Notes: generated by a model from the letters alone, not told the origin. DNA of 64,000 nt from Candidatus Kapaibacterium sp. (GCA_032027125.1 JAVSMQ010000001.1:3241620-3305619); one strand, 5' to 3'; shown: positions 19,853 through 31,211, counted from the first letter of the stretch. Made by a program: numbers and translations.

Positions 19853-21712
19853 ATGCTGGAATCAAAGTTTAACCGAAAATATTATTTTTATTTGCTTTTT
19901 GTAAATATATGTCTGAATTTCTCAGTTGCATTTGCAGATGAAACAAAATTTGTAAAAGAAGTAATTAATATTGGGAAATATAAAAGAGAATTTTATGTAT
20001 TCATACCTTCAACTGCTAAAGATATCAATAATCCTGCTATAATCGCTTTTCACGGATTTGAAAGCAACGCAAATGCAATGAGGTATCTGATTAGTCCGGA
20101 TTTACTTGCTCAGGAATACGGTTTTGTAATGGTATATCCCCAGGGCAATAATAATAACTGGAATGTAGGGATAGGCAATGATACGCTTTTTTCTGATGCA
20201 GATGATTTTGAATTCATTTCTCAGATGATTGATACATTAATCTTTAAATACAAAATCAATAAGGATGAAATCTTTTCTCTGGGTTTTTCTGAAGGTGCAC
20301 AAATGGCTGCTTCATATACGTGCAAATTTCCCGGAAAAATCAGTGCTGTGGGAATGGTCTCATATATATATAAACCGGAATCCTGTAATTTTACAAAGAA
20401 AATTCCTATAGCTGTTATTAATTCAAAGGAAGATAAAATTGTCCCTTTCGAAGGGGGAGGTAAATTTAATCATATTTCGCACGATTCTGCAGTAAGTTAT
20501 TTTAAGTCGCTAAATCAGACTAATCCAATGTCATCGGTTGTAGTTAATAAAAATACAGCTAAGTGTATTTCATATAAAAATATTAGTGAGAATGTCGAAG
20601 TTATTGACTGTATATGCAGTAAAGGAGGACATACATGGCCCGGAGGTATTGAAATCAATGAAGCAACATTTGGAAAAGTAAATAATGATTTAAATGCTAC
20701 TGAATTTTTTATGAAATTCTTTTCAAAATACTGCAAGGAACCTTATCAAACAGAAACCGGATATACTGCTGCAAATGAATTAAAAAAAGCAAATGATAAC
20801 CAAATTAAATCAATCACACGATATGGTTTTCTTGTTTCGGATGATTTAAGCTCAGATGATAATAGGGAAGAGTCAGAATGGCAAAAAATTTTAAAGGGTA
20901 TTAAAAGCTCATTCTCCTTTAAAAGTACGAGGGAAAAGCCAAAATCCGGCTGGGATAAGCTGCTGGACGGATTCAGTGGCAATTTCTCTTTTGTTTTTCC
21001 TATTACAAAAACAGAAACATTTAATGATAAAGGAAGTAATTCACAAGGCGAACCAAATAATAATATAGCATTAAATGCTTCAATCAGATATAATCCTTTA
21101 TCGTATTGGTTTGTTGGGGCTACTTTTTATAAATATTTAAACAGTGATTTGCAGGCTCCCTGGCATCCTGATTTTACTTATACATTTGGTTATGACGACT
21201 GGCATCCCTATACTTTAAGTTTGGTTTATTCAAATTATAATGGTAATCGCTTTAATCCTGATAATAATGAATCGGTTACAAATATTTGGGAAGGTTCTTT
21301 TGCATTGGGATGGAAATTCCCGCCAATTAAGGTAATTGAAAATTTAATAAAATTTCATCCAACATCCGGTTTAGGGCATAAATTGAGTTATAATGTTGTT
21401 CCTGTTTATTATGACAATTCAACAAATTCTAAACAAGATTGGAAGCAATCAATCTCATTATATACAAAATACACAATATACAAGAGTTTCTATATAGATA
21501 TAAATATGTACTATTATTTGAACCAATCACAGCAACAGCCTTGGGATCCTGATTTTAATTATACATTTGGTTATTTCGATTGGAGGGCAGGTACATTTGC
21601 CTTCAGATATAACAACTACTCAGGTAACAGATTTTTCTGGAGAAACAGAAATGATAATACAGGGCGTTTTACTGACGGATTTTTCTCTATAGCATGGAGT
21701 TGGATGTATTAG
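19853..21712 (+). CDS. secreted alpha/beta-hydrolase (PHB-depolymerase/LpqC-type esterase) fused to a C-terminal internally duplicated domain
   Basis: Signal peptide. Esterase half has HGFESNANAM…YPQG…NWNVG and the nucleophile elbow LGFSEGAQM. C-terminal half has two copies of a ~35-aa unit (APWHPDFTYTFGYDDWHPYTLSLVYSNYNGNRF / QPWDPDFNYTFGYFDWRAGTFAFRYNNYSGNRF). Confidence 0.55.
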   Translation: MLESKFNRKYYFYLLFVNICLNFSVAFADETKFVKEVINIGKYKREFYVFIPSTAKDINNPAIIAFHGFESNANAMRYLISPDLLAQEYGFVMVYPQGNNNNWNVGIGNDTLFSDADDFEFISQMIDTLIFKYKINKDEIFSLGFSEGAQMAASYTCKFPGKISAVGMVSYIYKPESCNFTKKIPIAVINSKEDKIVPFEGGGKFNHISHDSAVSYFKSLNQTNPMSSVVVNKNTAKCISYKNISENVEVIDCICSKGGHTWPGGIEINEATFGKVNNDLNATEFFMKFFSKYCKEPYQTETGYTAANELKKANDNQIKSITRYGFLVSDDLSSDDNREESEWQKILKGIKSSFSFKSTREKPKSGWDKLLDGFSGNFSFVFPITKTETFNDKGSNSQGEPNNNIALNASIRYNPLSYWFVGATFYKYLNSDLQAPWHPDFTYTFGYDDWHPYTLSLVYSNYNGNRFNPDNNESVTNIWEGSFALGWKFPPIKVIENLIKFHPTSGLGHKLSYNVVPVYYDNSTNSKQDWKQSISLYTKYTIYKSFYIDINMYYYLNQSQQQPWDPDFNYTFGYFDWRAGTFAFRYNNYSGNRFFWRNRNDNTGRFTDGFFSIAWSWMY

Positions 21713-21780
21713 ATGCCAACTCAAATGAGCAAATATGACACTCATGTACTGCTTCAGAGAAAAATGGACCAATCAAGTAA

Positions 21781-22317
<537 letters not shown>

Positions 22318-22386
22318 TGTATTAATATAATACCTATATGATTATAATTTCCTTATTTTTGTTGTTAAAATTATAAGTATATCAGA

Positions 22387-23112
22387 TTAATGATATTTTA
22401 CTATCCTACTTTTTCCATTCTGATAATTTTTTATTTGAGGACTTGGTTTAAAAAATTGTAAGTTGTAGAAATCCATATTGATTTTACCATTTTCGAAAAG
22501 ATTTTTGACATGTTCATCATTTTTAAACATTCTGAAGCAATAAACATCGCCATAGTCCTTTTTGTGTATCATAAAAACACTACAAACTTTATAATTTTGA
22601 CCGAATTCAGGGTCAATATTACAAAATGCAGTAATGCCATAATCTGCATTAAACTGTTTCTTTACTCCTATCAAAGGAAATTCAGTGATTGATCGTTTTG
22701 CACCTGCCATGCTTGAGTCATCTTTTTTGCAAATATTAAATAAAATTGCCATAAAATATGATTTATGATAATTATTCGGGTCAACGAAGTATTCTTCTTT
22801 AATTGAATCATTTTTCTTCTTTCCGCTTGCTTTGCGTTCCAAAAAAGCATTATAATCTAATAGTGCGCTGTCTAAGGGTTGTATCAAATATCTTACTTCA
22901 ATTTCATTTTCAAGTCTATAAGCAAAGTTATAATATACCTGCTCATTTTTAACGACAGGAACATAATTAAATTTTTCAGGAAGAAATAATACCAAATCAG
23001 CTCTTTCAAGTAAATTTTGAATTTCTTTAAAATTATCTTCAGAACATTTTGAAGATATAAGAGTTAAAAATAAAATCAAAAATATTGTCAATAAAGCAAA
23101 TTTTGTTTTCAT
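22387..23112 (-). CDS. hypothetical secreted protein
   Basis: Signal peptide (MKTKFALLTIFLILFLTLISS). No recognisable domain. Confidence 0.35.
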   Translation of the reverse strand: MKTKFALLTIFLILFLTLISSKCSEDNFKEIQNLLERADLVLFLPEKFNYVPVVKNEQVYYNFAYRLENEIEVRYLIQPLDSALLDYNAFLERKASGKKKNDSIKEEYFVDPNNYHKSYFMAILFNICKKDDSSMAGAKRSITEFPLIGVKKQFNADYGITAFCNIDPEFGQNYKVCSVFMIHKKDYGDVYCFRMFKNDEHVKNLFENGKINMDFYNLQFFKPSPQIKNYQNGKSRIVKYH

Positions 23113-23113
23113 T

Positions 23114-23671
23114 TTATTTAATGTTCCGATTAATTAATGAACTATTATCTAAAAATTCAGTATTCTCATTTTTTCTTAAAGCCCATATTTTCAAATAATT
23201 AATATCAGTGTGGCTATATATTTTTTTTTCGCCTGATTCCGGAGAATCCACTATCAATATGTAACTTCCGTCAGCCCAATATGAATAGCCTTTCAGCTCT
23301 GCAGCATGAAGTTTGTTACTAAAGATATTTTTTTTCTCATATATTACAATATAACTTTCATTAATCCAAGTTATTGATAATAATGCAGTAGTATCAGGAT
23401 TATCAATTAATTTTGCTGTTAAACCAAGATTTTTCCAAATTTGTGGTAAGTCTTTTACAAATACTTTGCCTGCCGAATCTAAATTGATAAATTTCTGAAT
23501 ATTTTCATTAATTTCAAAATGATTATGGGGTTCATAATATAACATAATTCGTTTAGTACAAATTTGGATTGAACCATCATCAATAAATAGTTTCTCTTTC
23601 TCCTTATTGTAATCTATTGAAGTACATGAAGAAATGATTAAAACCATCATCAATAAATAAATTCCTTTCAT
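23114..23671 (-). CDS. hypothetical lipoprotein
   Basis: Signal peptide with a lipobox-like LIISSC. No recognisable domain. Confidence 0.35.
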   Translation of the reverse strand: MKGIYLLMMVLIISSCTSIDYNKEKEKLFIDDGSIQICTKRIMLYYEPHNHFEINENIQKFINLDSAGKVFVKDLPQIWKNLGLTAKLIDNPDTTALLSITWINESYIVIYEKKNIFSNKLHAAELKGYSYWADGSYILIVDSPESGEKKIYSHTDINYLKIWALRKNENTEFLDNSSLINRNIK

Positions 23672-23759
23672 AATTTTCCTATCAAATATTTGTTATAAAT
23701 TTTAGTTTTTTTTTAAAATTTCTTGTCAAATTCAAGAACTCCACAATCAATCACGAACT

Positions 23760-23780
23760 CGAAGACCTGCGAAGCTAATT
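23760..23780 (+). repeat. dispersed intergenic repeat, copy B
   Basis: AATCAATCACGAACTCGAAGACCTGCGAAGCTAATTTC. Extended similarity (AATCAA…GAAC.CGAAGACC.GCGAAGCTAATT) to copy C. Confidence 0.7.
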
Positions 23781-23938
23781 TCAATTTCTTGGAATATAAT
23801 TGTATCTTTCCGATATTTTAAGCAATTCTTAAAAATCTTTTACATCGTATTTTATCATCACTATGTTCAATTTAAATATATTTTAATTTTAAAAAATAAT
23901 AAATTCAACTCTTAAGTTTTCAAATATTTTTTCTATTA

Positions 23939-24817
23939 TTAATAATTTGTATATTCAATTTTGTATCTTGATTTACCAAAATCAGGATTTATATATCCAA
24001 TAATATTATCTTTTGAATCAAATTCGAATCTTTCTATCTTCTTTTCTTCTATGCGATATCCTTTGTACATTACCCACTCATAAATCCTTGTATTGTTTGT
24101 GTCGTTATTTATTTTATCATAAGAAATTTGTTTAATATTGTTTCCATCGCTATCATAAAAATATTCGGTTACAGATCCACTGGTTGAATCTTTTCCATTT
24201 AAAGTATAAATCAATTCCTTTTTGTTATCATAACGCCTGAACGTTTTTCTAACTGATCCTGAAATAATGGTTGAATCAACTTGTAATGTACATAATCCAT
24301 TTATATCATAAAAAAAATCACTAATTCCATAGAGGATATTATCTCTGTACATTTGCGTCTTGACTAATTTTTCTCCTTCTCTTGTATATACATAATATGA
24401 GGACTTATTCGACGAGGAATATGAGTCAAAATAGCCAATTTTGATATAACCCTCACTATCATATTCATAACGAGTAATAGCATAATAGCTTGAATCATTC
24501 GAATATTCAATATTTTTTATGAGGCAACCGTATTTAAATAGTGGAAGTGGGACGTTAGAACGATCTTGTTGGAGAGTACTTTGGTATTTAAAGTTTCCAG
24601 TCCAACTCCTTAACATTCTTCTGAGATATCCATCAACATCTCCATCAAAAAAATATTCTGAATTTTTAACAAAATCGTTAGTATCACCGGAATGAGAAAC
24701 ATAAATTGTTATTTTCATTTTTTGGAAAGAATTATTGACATTAATTCCATTATCACCACAAGATGAAAAAACAAGAAAGCAAAATAAACTAATAAAAAAA
24801 TAAAATGAATTCTTCAT
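23939..24817 (-). CDS. lipoprotein with YD-repeat-like motifs
   Basis: Signal peptide plus Cys (VFSSC). Repeated motifs YEYDSEGY, FFYDINGL, YFYDSDGNNIKQISYDKINN. Flanked on both sides by copies of a ~30-bp dispersed repeat. Confidence 0.45.
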   Translation of the reverse strand: MKNSFYFFISLFCFLVFSSCGDNGINVNNSFQKMKITIYVSHSGDTNDFVKNSEYFFDGDVDGYLRRMLRSWTGNFKYQSTLQQDRSNVPLPLFKYGCLIKNIEYSNDSSYYAITRYEYDSEGYIKIGYFDSYSSSNKSSYYVYTREGEKLVKTQMYRDNILYGISDFFYDINGLCTLQVDSTIISGSVRKTFRRYDNKKELIYTLNGKDSTSGSVTEYFYDSDGNNIKQISYDKINNDTNNTRIYEWVMYKGYRIEEKKIERFEFDSKDNIIGYINPDFGKSRYKIEYTNY

Positions 24818-24942
24818 AATTAACCTTTTAATGTATTATTTAACAGATTATTCAAAAATATAAATATTTTAAAGAAGAAAACAAAAAAAAATTACAAATT
24901 GACTTCTAATCATCATTTCATACGAATTTCAAATCAAGAACC

Positions 24943-24963
24943 CGAAGACCAGCGAAGCTAATT
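24943..24963 (+). repeat. dispersed intergenic repeat, copy C
   Basis: AATCAAGAACCCGAAGACCAGCGAAGCTAATTACG. Together with copy B it brackets the 292-aa YD-like lipoprotein gene in direct orientation. Confidence 0.7.
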
Positions 24964-25031
24964 ACGAGTTAATTGATGTAGATTGTATTTATATGATTTA
25001 AATTAACTTATACCAAATATTTTCTTACTTT

Positions 25032-25694
25032 TTATTTTTCTTCCAATTTTGTTACTAATGTTTCAACCCAATTCCTAAATCTCGGGCATTTTTCAATAAT
25101 TGCTTCTATTCCAATTTCCTGAGCTATAAGATTTCCATAAACAATCTTGTTGTAATCCTTAATAATATCCAATAATCTTTTTGATGGTGCAGTATTTGGA
25201 TTATCATTTATATCTTCGGGATTCGGGTATTTGTCGATAATATTTTCAATATCTTTAATAACTCTGGGTTCCGAACTCCAAAAAGAATTAAACCCTTTAT
25301 TTGATGAGAATAACAAAGCTTCAAACTCATAAAGTTGAATATAAGGTAGAAATCTGTCGTCAGATATATTATCCTTCATAGCTCTTTCTAATGCTTCTAC
25401 TTTAAGATTTGATGTTCTTAATTTCATTGATTGATCATATTTCGGAACGTTAGTTGGAATTTTAAAAAAATCTACTAAAGTTGAAACGAAAATATCTGAT
25501 TGGCTTTTTAATAATCTATTTACATCATTTTTTAAATGTTCATAATTAACAAATCCACCTTTTTGACTTTTACTAGTTTGAATCTTAATAGGATGTACAA
25601 CATAAATATTCTTTGAGATTAAATAGTTCCGCAGTATGGTTTTTACGAATTCTTCTTCAGTCTGACCTTCAACAATAATAAATAATCGTTTCAT
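25032..25694 (-). CDS. DUF4276-like protein (Toprim-like putative nuclease partner of an AAA ATPase)
   Basis: 220 aa. N-terminal MKRLFIIVEGQTEEEFV (acidic E-G-x-T-E in a beta-strand context, as in Toprim/OLD-type folds). Conserved YEFEALLFS block. Start overlaps the stop of the upstream ATPase (ATGA at 25694). Confidence 0.55.
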   Translation of the reverse strand: MKRLFIIVEGQTEEEFVKTILRNYLISKNIYVVHPIKIQTSKSQKGGFVNYEHLKNDVNRLLKSQSDIFVSTLVDFFKIPTNVPKYDQSMKLRTSNLKVEALERAMKDNISDDRFLPYIQLYEFEALLFSSNKGFNSFWSSEPRVIKDIENIIDKYPNPEDINDNPNTAPSKRLLDIIKDYNKIVYGNLIAQEIGIEAIIEKCPRFRNWVETLVTKLEEK

Positions 25695-26782
25695 TAAGGT
25701 TTGCCTCCGATTACATTCTTTTCCCAGAGTTCACCTATTGTATAATCTTCAAGCCAGTCTTTTAAATTTTCTTTTGATAATCTTTTAAAAACTGACTGTT
25801 TTTCTTCTCTATCCACAACTAAAATATTTTCAGGTTCAAAATTTTCTATTAAATTTACTGATTGTGTTGAAATAATTACCTGAGTTTTTTGTGAGGCACT
25901 CAATATTAACCCTGCAAGTTTATTTATTGCAAAAGGGTGTAATCCCAGTTCCGGTTCGTCAATAATAATCGTCTTTGGTAGATGAGGTTGTAATAATAAA
26001 GTAGCTAAACAAATAAATCTCAGTGACCCATCTGATAAATTATTAGCATCAAAATATGTATCTGTACCGGTTTCTTTCCATTCGATTTTTATAAAATCGG
26101 GATTAAGGGCTAATGGTTTTAAATCAAATTCATTAAAATAAGGTGCAACAGATTTAATTGTACTTTCGATTAAATTAAAATTCTTAGGATATTTATATTT
26201 CAATAAATATAGAAATGCTGATAAATTACTGGCATCCATTCTTAAAAAACTATTATCGTTTATATTACACGATTTCTTTACTTTAGCTGTATTACTTGTG
26301 TCATTAAAATGGAATACTTTAAATCCTCTTAAATAATCGTTAATAAATTTGTATCTACCTGTCTGCTTGTCTTTTAATGAACTTTCTGAATGACCTCGTA
26401 ACCAAGTATCATCTTTCCACTTTGGAGTTTTTTCTTTTTTGTCATAATTTGTATTAAAACCATTTGTCTCATAATCAAAGTAAAATGTTCCTGAATTTGT
26501 AGTATTTAATGATAATTCGTAGCAATTTGTATTTTCAAAGAAAATTTTTGTGTATATCCGATTTGTTACTTTTGAACCAAAATATAAAAGGTTGTCAGCT
26601 CCTCCCTGTTCTAAAGTGTAGTTTTGAAGATTTTTATCATAAATGTTACTTAACATTTCAAAAAAAGATATAAAATTGCTTTTACCCACACCATTAGCTC
26701 CTATTAGTATATTTAGATTTGATAATTCAATTTCTAAATTCCTAATCGATTTGTAACCTTGAATAAGTATTTTATTTATCAT
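25694..26782 (-). CDS. AAA_15/AAA_21-type ABC-like ATPase (OLD/PARIS-AriA/AbiLi-like)
   Basis: 362 aa. Walker A GANGVGKSN within the first 40 aa. ABC-type signature-like LSDGSLRF. Walker B IIIDEPELGLHP. The long insertion between A and B is typical of the SMC/OLD-like AAA_15/21 clade. Confidence 0.7.
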   Translation of the reverse strand: MINKILIQGYKSIRNLEIELSNLNILIGANGVGKSNFISFFEMLSNIYDKNLQNYTLEQGGADNLLYFGSKVTNRIYTKIFFENTNCYELSLNTTNSGTFYFDYETNGFNTNYDKKEKTPKWKDDTWLRGHSESSLKDKQTGRYKFINDYLRGFKVFHFNDTSNTAKVKKSCNINDNSFLRMDASNLSAFLYLLKYKYPKNFNLIESTIKSVAPYFNEFDLKPLALNPDFIKIEWKETGTDTYFDANNLSDGSLRFICLATLLLQPHLPKTIIIDEPELGLHPFAINKLAGLILSASQKTQVIISTQSVNLIENFEPENILVVDREEKQSVFKRLSKENLKDWLEDYTIGELWEKNVIGGKP

Positions 26783-26905
26783 TCCTATAATCCTCTTTAA
26801 AATCTATGGTTTTAATGTCTAAATTAAATTGTAATTATAAATTTCAATTTATGAAAGAAAAATACAATAATAGAACGTCTTAATTAAAAATCATTGTTTT
26901 TAATT

Positions 26906-28447
26906 TCATTCCCACTCTATTGTCCCCGGAGGCTTGCTTGTGATGTCATAAACAACTCGGTTTATGCCTCTAATTTCGTTAATTATACGGCTGCTGATTT
27001 TTGAAAGCACGTCGTAAGGCATCGGAAACCAATCGGCAGTCATACCGTCCACGCTTGTAACGGCACGCAGGGCGCAGGTGTTTTCGTAAGTACGTTCGTC
27101 GCCCATTACTCCGACTGATTTAACGGGCAGAAGTACTGCAAAAGCCTGCCAGATCTGGTCGTAAAGTCCGGCATTACGGATTTCTTCTATATAGATAGCG
27201 TCGGCTCTTTGGAGTGTATCAATTTTCTCACGGGTGATTTCGCCGAGTATGCGGATACCTAAACCGGGACCCGGAAACGGATGACGGTTGACAAACCAGT
27301 CCGGTACACCGAGTTCACGACCTACTGCACGAACTTCATCCTTAAATAATTCGCGGAAAGGTTCGAGCAGCTTAAGACCCATTTTTTCGGGTAAACCGCC
27401 GACATTATGATGCGACTTTATTACAACCGAAGGACCTTTTACCGAAACCGATTCAATTACATCGGGATAAAGTGTTCCCTGCGCGAGCCAGCCGGCATTG
27501 TTAAATCTTTCTGCAGCTACATCAAAGAGGTCAATAAAAGATTTTCCGATACTCTTGCGTTTCAATTCCGGGTCACTGACTCCTTCAAGAGCTCCAAGAA
27601 ATGTTTCTGTACCGTCAATTAATTCAAGCGACATTTTAAAATTTTCTTCAAAGAGCTTCATCAGTTTTAAGCTTTCGTTCAGCCGCATCAGACCGGTATC
27701 TATATGAATGCAATGAAGTTTATCCCCGATTGCCTTGTGCAGAAGTACCGCAAGAACAGTTGAATCAACTCCACCGGATAAAGCACAAATCACTTCTTTA
27801 TCACCAACCTGCTCCCGAATATTTTTAATTGCCAATTCAACAAAAGAATGTGCATCCCAATTTTCCGTACAGCCGCAAATATTTCTCAGGAAATTGTTGA
27901 GAATGATTTTTCCGTCTGGTGTATGATGAACTTCAGGATGAAACTGCACTCCCCAGATTTTACGTTTAGCAGAGCGGACAGCACAAATCGGCGCATTTGT
28001 GGTATGTGCTACAACTTCAAATCCTTCGGGAAGTTTTGTCAGTGAATCACCGTGACTCATCCAGACGGTTGAGTTTGCCGGAAATCCTTCAAATAGCGGG
28101 TCGGGTTTATCAACGAGCAAATGCGCCCTGCCGAATTCACGGTGGGCAGCTTTGTTAACTTCACCCCCCAACTGATAGGCAATTAGCTGCAAGCCGTAAC
28201 ATATCCCGACAACCGGAATATCCAGATTAAAGACATTAAAAGCAGGGTGAGGGGCGCCGTCGGCATATACGCTCGAAGGACCGCCTGATAAAATCAATCC
28301 CTTAGGATTTATCTCTTTAAGCTTTTCTTCCGTAATATTAAACGGATAAATTTCCGCAAAAACGCCGCATTCGCGGACTTTTCGTGCAATCAACTGCGTA
28401 TATTGAGAGCCGAAATCAAGGATTACAATTTTTTCTGTGTTGAGCAT
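26906..28447 (-). CDS. guaA: GMP synthase (glutamine-hydrolysing)
   Basis: Class-I GATase N-terminus ([18 protein letters not shown]…GICYGLQ). ATP-PPase SGGVDS motif. Dimerisation C-terminus …PPGTIEWE. Confidence 0.95.
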   Translation of the reverse strand: MLNTEKIVILDFGSQYTQLIARKVRECGVFAEIYPFNITEEKLKEINPKGLILSGGPSSVYADGAPHPAFNVFNLDIPVVGICYGLQLIAYQLGGEVNKAAHREFGRAHLLVDKPDPLFEGFPANSTVWMSHGDSLTKLPEGFEVVAHTTNAPICAVRSAKRKIWGVQFHPEVHHTPDGKIILNNFLRNICGCTENWDAHSFVELAIKNIREQVGDKEVICALSGGVDSTVLAVLLHKAIGDKLHCIHIDTGLMRLNESLKLMKLFEENFKMSLELIDGTETFLGALEGVSDPELKRKSIGKSFIDLFDVAAERFNNAGWLAQGTLYPDVIESVSVKGPSVVIKSHHNVGGLPEKMGLKLLEPFRELFKDEVRAVGRELGVPDWFVNRHPFPGPGLGIRILGEITREKIDTLQRADAIYIEEIRNAGLYDQIWQAFAVLLPVKSVGVMGDERTYENTCALRAVTSVDGMTADWFPMPYDVLSKISSRIINEIRGINRVVYDITSKPPGTIEWE

Positions 28448-28595
28448 AGGTATTATAATTTGAATATTGTTTCATTTTATTAAAAGACTTTAAACGTTAA
28501 ATCTACTGATTTCTTTTAAAATCATTCACAAAGTTTTAAAGCCTTTGAATAATAACTGATGAAAAACAATATTCATAATTTTAATAAAATTTATC

Positions 28596-30968
28596 CTACC
28601 TGATTACTATGAACTTCTGCATAAACTTATGTTCCGATGTTTCACCCATAATAAAATACGTGCCGGAAGTAAGATTGGATACATCAATAAACTGACTATT
28701 TATTCCATTTGAGACTTCTTCACCTGAAATTGAAAAGATTGAATATTTAAATGCGAGTTGCAAAAGTTCCAGCTTTGAAAAGTGTGTTATTTCTGAATTT
28801 AGTATTTTATCACAAGTGATTCTATCAGCACTCACAGTTGTTGCCGGATCCGGTAAAACTAATTTAAATAAGCCATCATCATAAGTTGTTGACCAAAATG
28901 TATTGCCAATTTTAACAAATCTTACATAACTAACTTCGAATGAAATTCCTGTTGTATCAACCGTAAAAACACTATACGAATCCTTATCGTTTATTCTGAC
29001 CATCTTCTTATGGTTAACAATCCAGTTTTTACCATAATCATCAAATAAAATCACAGCACAATTTATATCCGGATTATAATTTAAAAAAATATTTTTATAG
29101 GTTTTATGGTCCCATGATTCTGTTAAAATATCATAAACGGAAATACCGTCATCATCTTTATAACTACCAAGTTCCCTACTCCAAACAGTACTTGCACGAA
29201 ATAATATAACTAATTGATTTTCGTTATTTAAACTCAGACTCCTTAATGTATTAACTTCAGGGTAATCTTTACCATCAGATATTTTAATATATTTAAATAT
29301 CCCATCTCTATACATAATAAAGTGTTCTTCTTCATCATCAAAAATACAAGTTCCGTCTCTCATACATATACCACTGGTAATACCGTCAACATATTTGGTT
29401 TCAAGATCGAATTTAAGTTCAAACTTTCCATTAATATATCTTCTTAAAGATTGATGATACTCGATAATTTTTGTATCGGGATTATAATCTTTTGTTGAAA
29501 TACTAAACCAGACTCCACCGAGTGAATCACGGAATAATACATTGTTATATTCATATTGATTTTCAATTATATCCGGATTTTTCAGAAAACTAATTTTTTC
29601 CCAATTTTTACCATCCCATTTTCCAAGATATTGATCAACAGATACAAAACAAATCCCATTCAAATCACACTCGATATTAGCTTTTTCATATGAATCGGCA
29701 AAAGGAACAGAAAAAGGGACTTTTAAAAAAGTCCAGTCATTTTCATCAAAAAATTGAACAAAAAAATCACGTCCTGACTGGCCAAGTGCAACTACTTTTT
29801 TGTTATAATAATCGTAAGTAATTCCATAAAATTTATTTGTAAAAACGCTATGGGAATTAAATACTTTTGGCAAGTAATTGTTGTACCACTCTATGTGATC
29901 TTCTTTTGCAATAATAATATTTTCATCCAATCCTTCGATTAAATGAATTATATCCCCATTATCATAGATTTTAATATTGGAAAGTCTGTCACTATTGATA
30001 TTATATACAAATACACTATCATCAATAACATAATAATAATTATTTTCTCCACCTATCATTTTAATTGAATTAACCGGATCTGTACTTATTTCTTTTAAAA
30101 GTGTTTCTTCTTTGGAATTAATATTATATTTGAAAATACCATATCTGTGAATTCCGTAAATTATTCCATTTTTAAATTTCCAACCATATAAATATTTATT
30201 ACTAAAAGTGTTATTGCTGTCAATTTTTGATATTATACCATCAATAAATTTATAAGTTCCATTAAAAGTATTTATCCATAATTCACCGTTTATATTATGA
30301 AGTGATATTGGAACTTTCTTTTTAAATTCTATATAATCCGGATGATTTTCATCAAAAAGGAATTCTATTCCTGTATTTAATATTTTAAAAAGAAAAGATT
30401 TATTTGAGTTTCGCAGTCTTATATATGTATATACTTCACCTTTTATATCTGTGATACTAAATACATAAGGCAAGTCATTATAACCTAAAGAAAATTCAGT
30501 ACTCTCACCATTATCAATTACCTGAACTCTCAGTTCATTACCACGGATTAAATAGAGTTTACCATTTAATACATAGTGGCCAACTACATTTTCACAAACT
30601 GATTCAGTCACTCCATTTCTTATTCTGAATAAATTTGAGTTTGTTCTGTAAAAATGAAGCTCACCATTATATTCAAAAAAATATTTGAAAGAATAATATT
30701 TGAATAATGCAGATTTAATTGGTTCTTTCACACCTGTTATTTTATTAATTTTATAAATCCCTGTCGAATTTGAAAAAACAAGTCCGTGCTCCTTGCTATC
30801 AAACATTCCGGTGATTTCAGCATAAATATTTTTGTAGTTAGTGATTTCTACTGATAAAGCAGAGAACGGGTAAATTGATATAATTAAAAGGAAACAAAAG
30901 GCAGCTATCAATTTTGAATTGGAAATCAGAGAAAGACAGAAATTATTTAGATTTTTAAATGCTCTCAT
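28596..30968 (-). CDS. T9SS-secreted repeat protein (beta-propeller-like repeats)
   Basis: Signal peptide. Repetitive Y/W/G-rich beta-strand repeats. C-terminal ~80 aa T9SS sorting domain (…FSISGEEVSNG…SNLTSGTYFIMGETSEHKFMQKFIVIR). Confidence 0.55.
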   Translation of the reverse strand: MRAFKNLNNFCLSLISNSKLIAAFCFLLIISIYPFSALSVEITNYKNIYAEITGMFDSKEHGLVFSNSTGIYKINKITGVKEPIKSALFKYYSFKYFFEYNGELHFYRTNSNLFRIRNGVTESVCENVVGHYVLNGKLYLIRGNELRVQVIDNGESTEFSLGYNDLPYVFSITDIKGEVYTYIRLRNSNKSFLFKILNTGIEFLFDENHPDYIEFKKKVPISLHNINGELWINTFNGTYKFIDGIISKIDSNNTFSNKYLYGWKFKNGIIYGIHRYGIFKYNINSKEETLLKEISTDPVNSIKMIGGENNYYYVIDDSVFVYNINSDRLSNIKIYDNGDIIHLIEGLDENIIIAKEDHIEWYNNYLPKVFNSHSVFTNKFYGITYDYYNKKVVALGQSGRDFFVQFFDENDWTFLKVPFSVPFADSYEKANIECDLNGICFVSVDQYLGKWDGKNWEKISFLKNPDIIENQYEYNNVLFRDSLGGVWFSISTKDYNPDTKIIEYHQSLRRYINGKFELKFDLETKYVDGITSGICMRDGTCIFDDEEEHFIMYRDGIFKYIKISDGKDYPEVNTLRSLSLNNENQLVILFRASTVWSRELGSYKDDDGISVYDILTESWDHKTYKNIFLNYNPDINCAVILFDDYGKNWIVNHKKMVRINDKDSYSVFTVDTTGISFEVSYVRFVKIGNTFWSTTYDDGLFKLVLPDPATTVSADRITCDKILNSEITHFSKLELLQLAFKYSIFSISGEEVSNGINSQFIDVSNLTSGTYFIMGETSEHKFMQKFIVIR

Positions 30969-31211
30969 TCTGAACCTCGAATTATTTTATTTTTATAATT
31001 GGATTTCAATATAATCAACAACAAATCAAAGTCAATAAAGTTACAAAATATTTGGTCTAACTTTAATGCAAATATTTTTTGTAACATAAAATATTAAAAT
31101 ATTATTTAATACTCTCTCAATATCCAAATATACTCCTTTTTCTCATAAACAAAAAAGGAATTCCCAAACATATCGGAAATTCCTTTTTATAAAATTTATG
31201 CCTTGAAAATA

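Noticed and set aside
23740-24970. Possibility that the CGAAGACCTGCGAAGCTAATT repeat is a tRNA 3' fragment (an integration att site)
   Set aside because: No T-loop (GGTTCGANTCC-like) or acceptor-stem/CCA features on either strand. The repeat is direct (CGAAG…CGAAG) rather than stem-forming.
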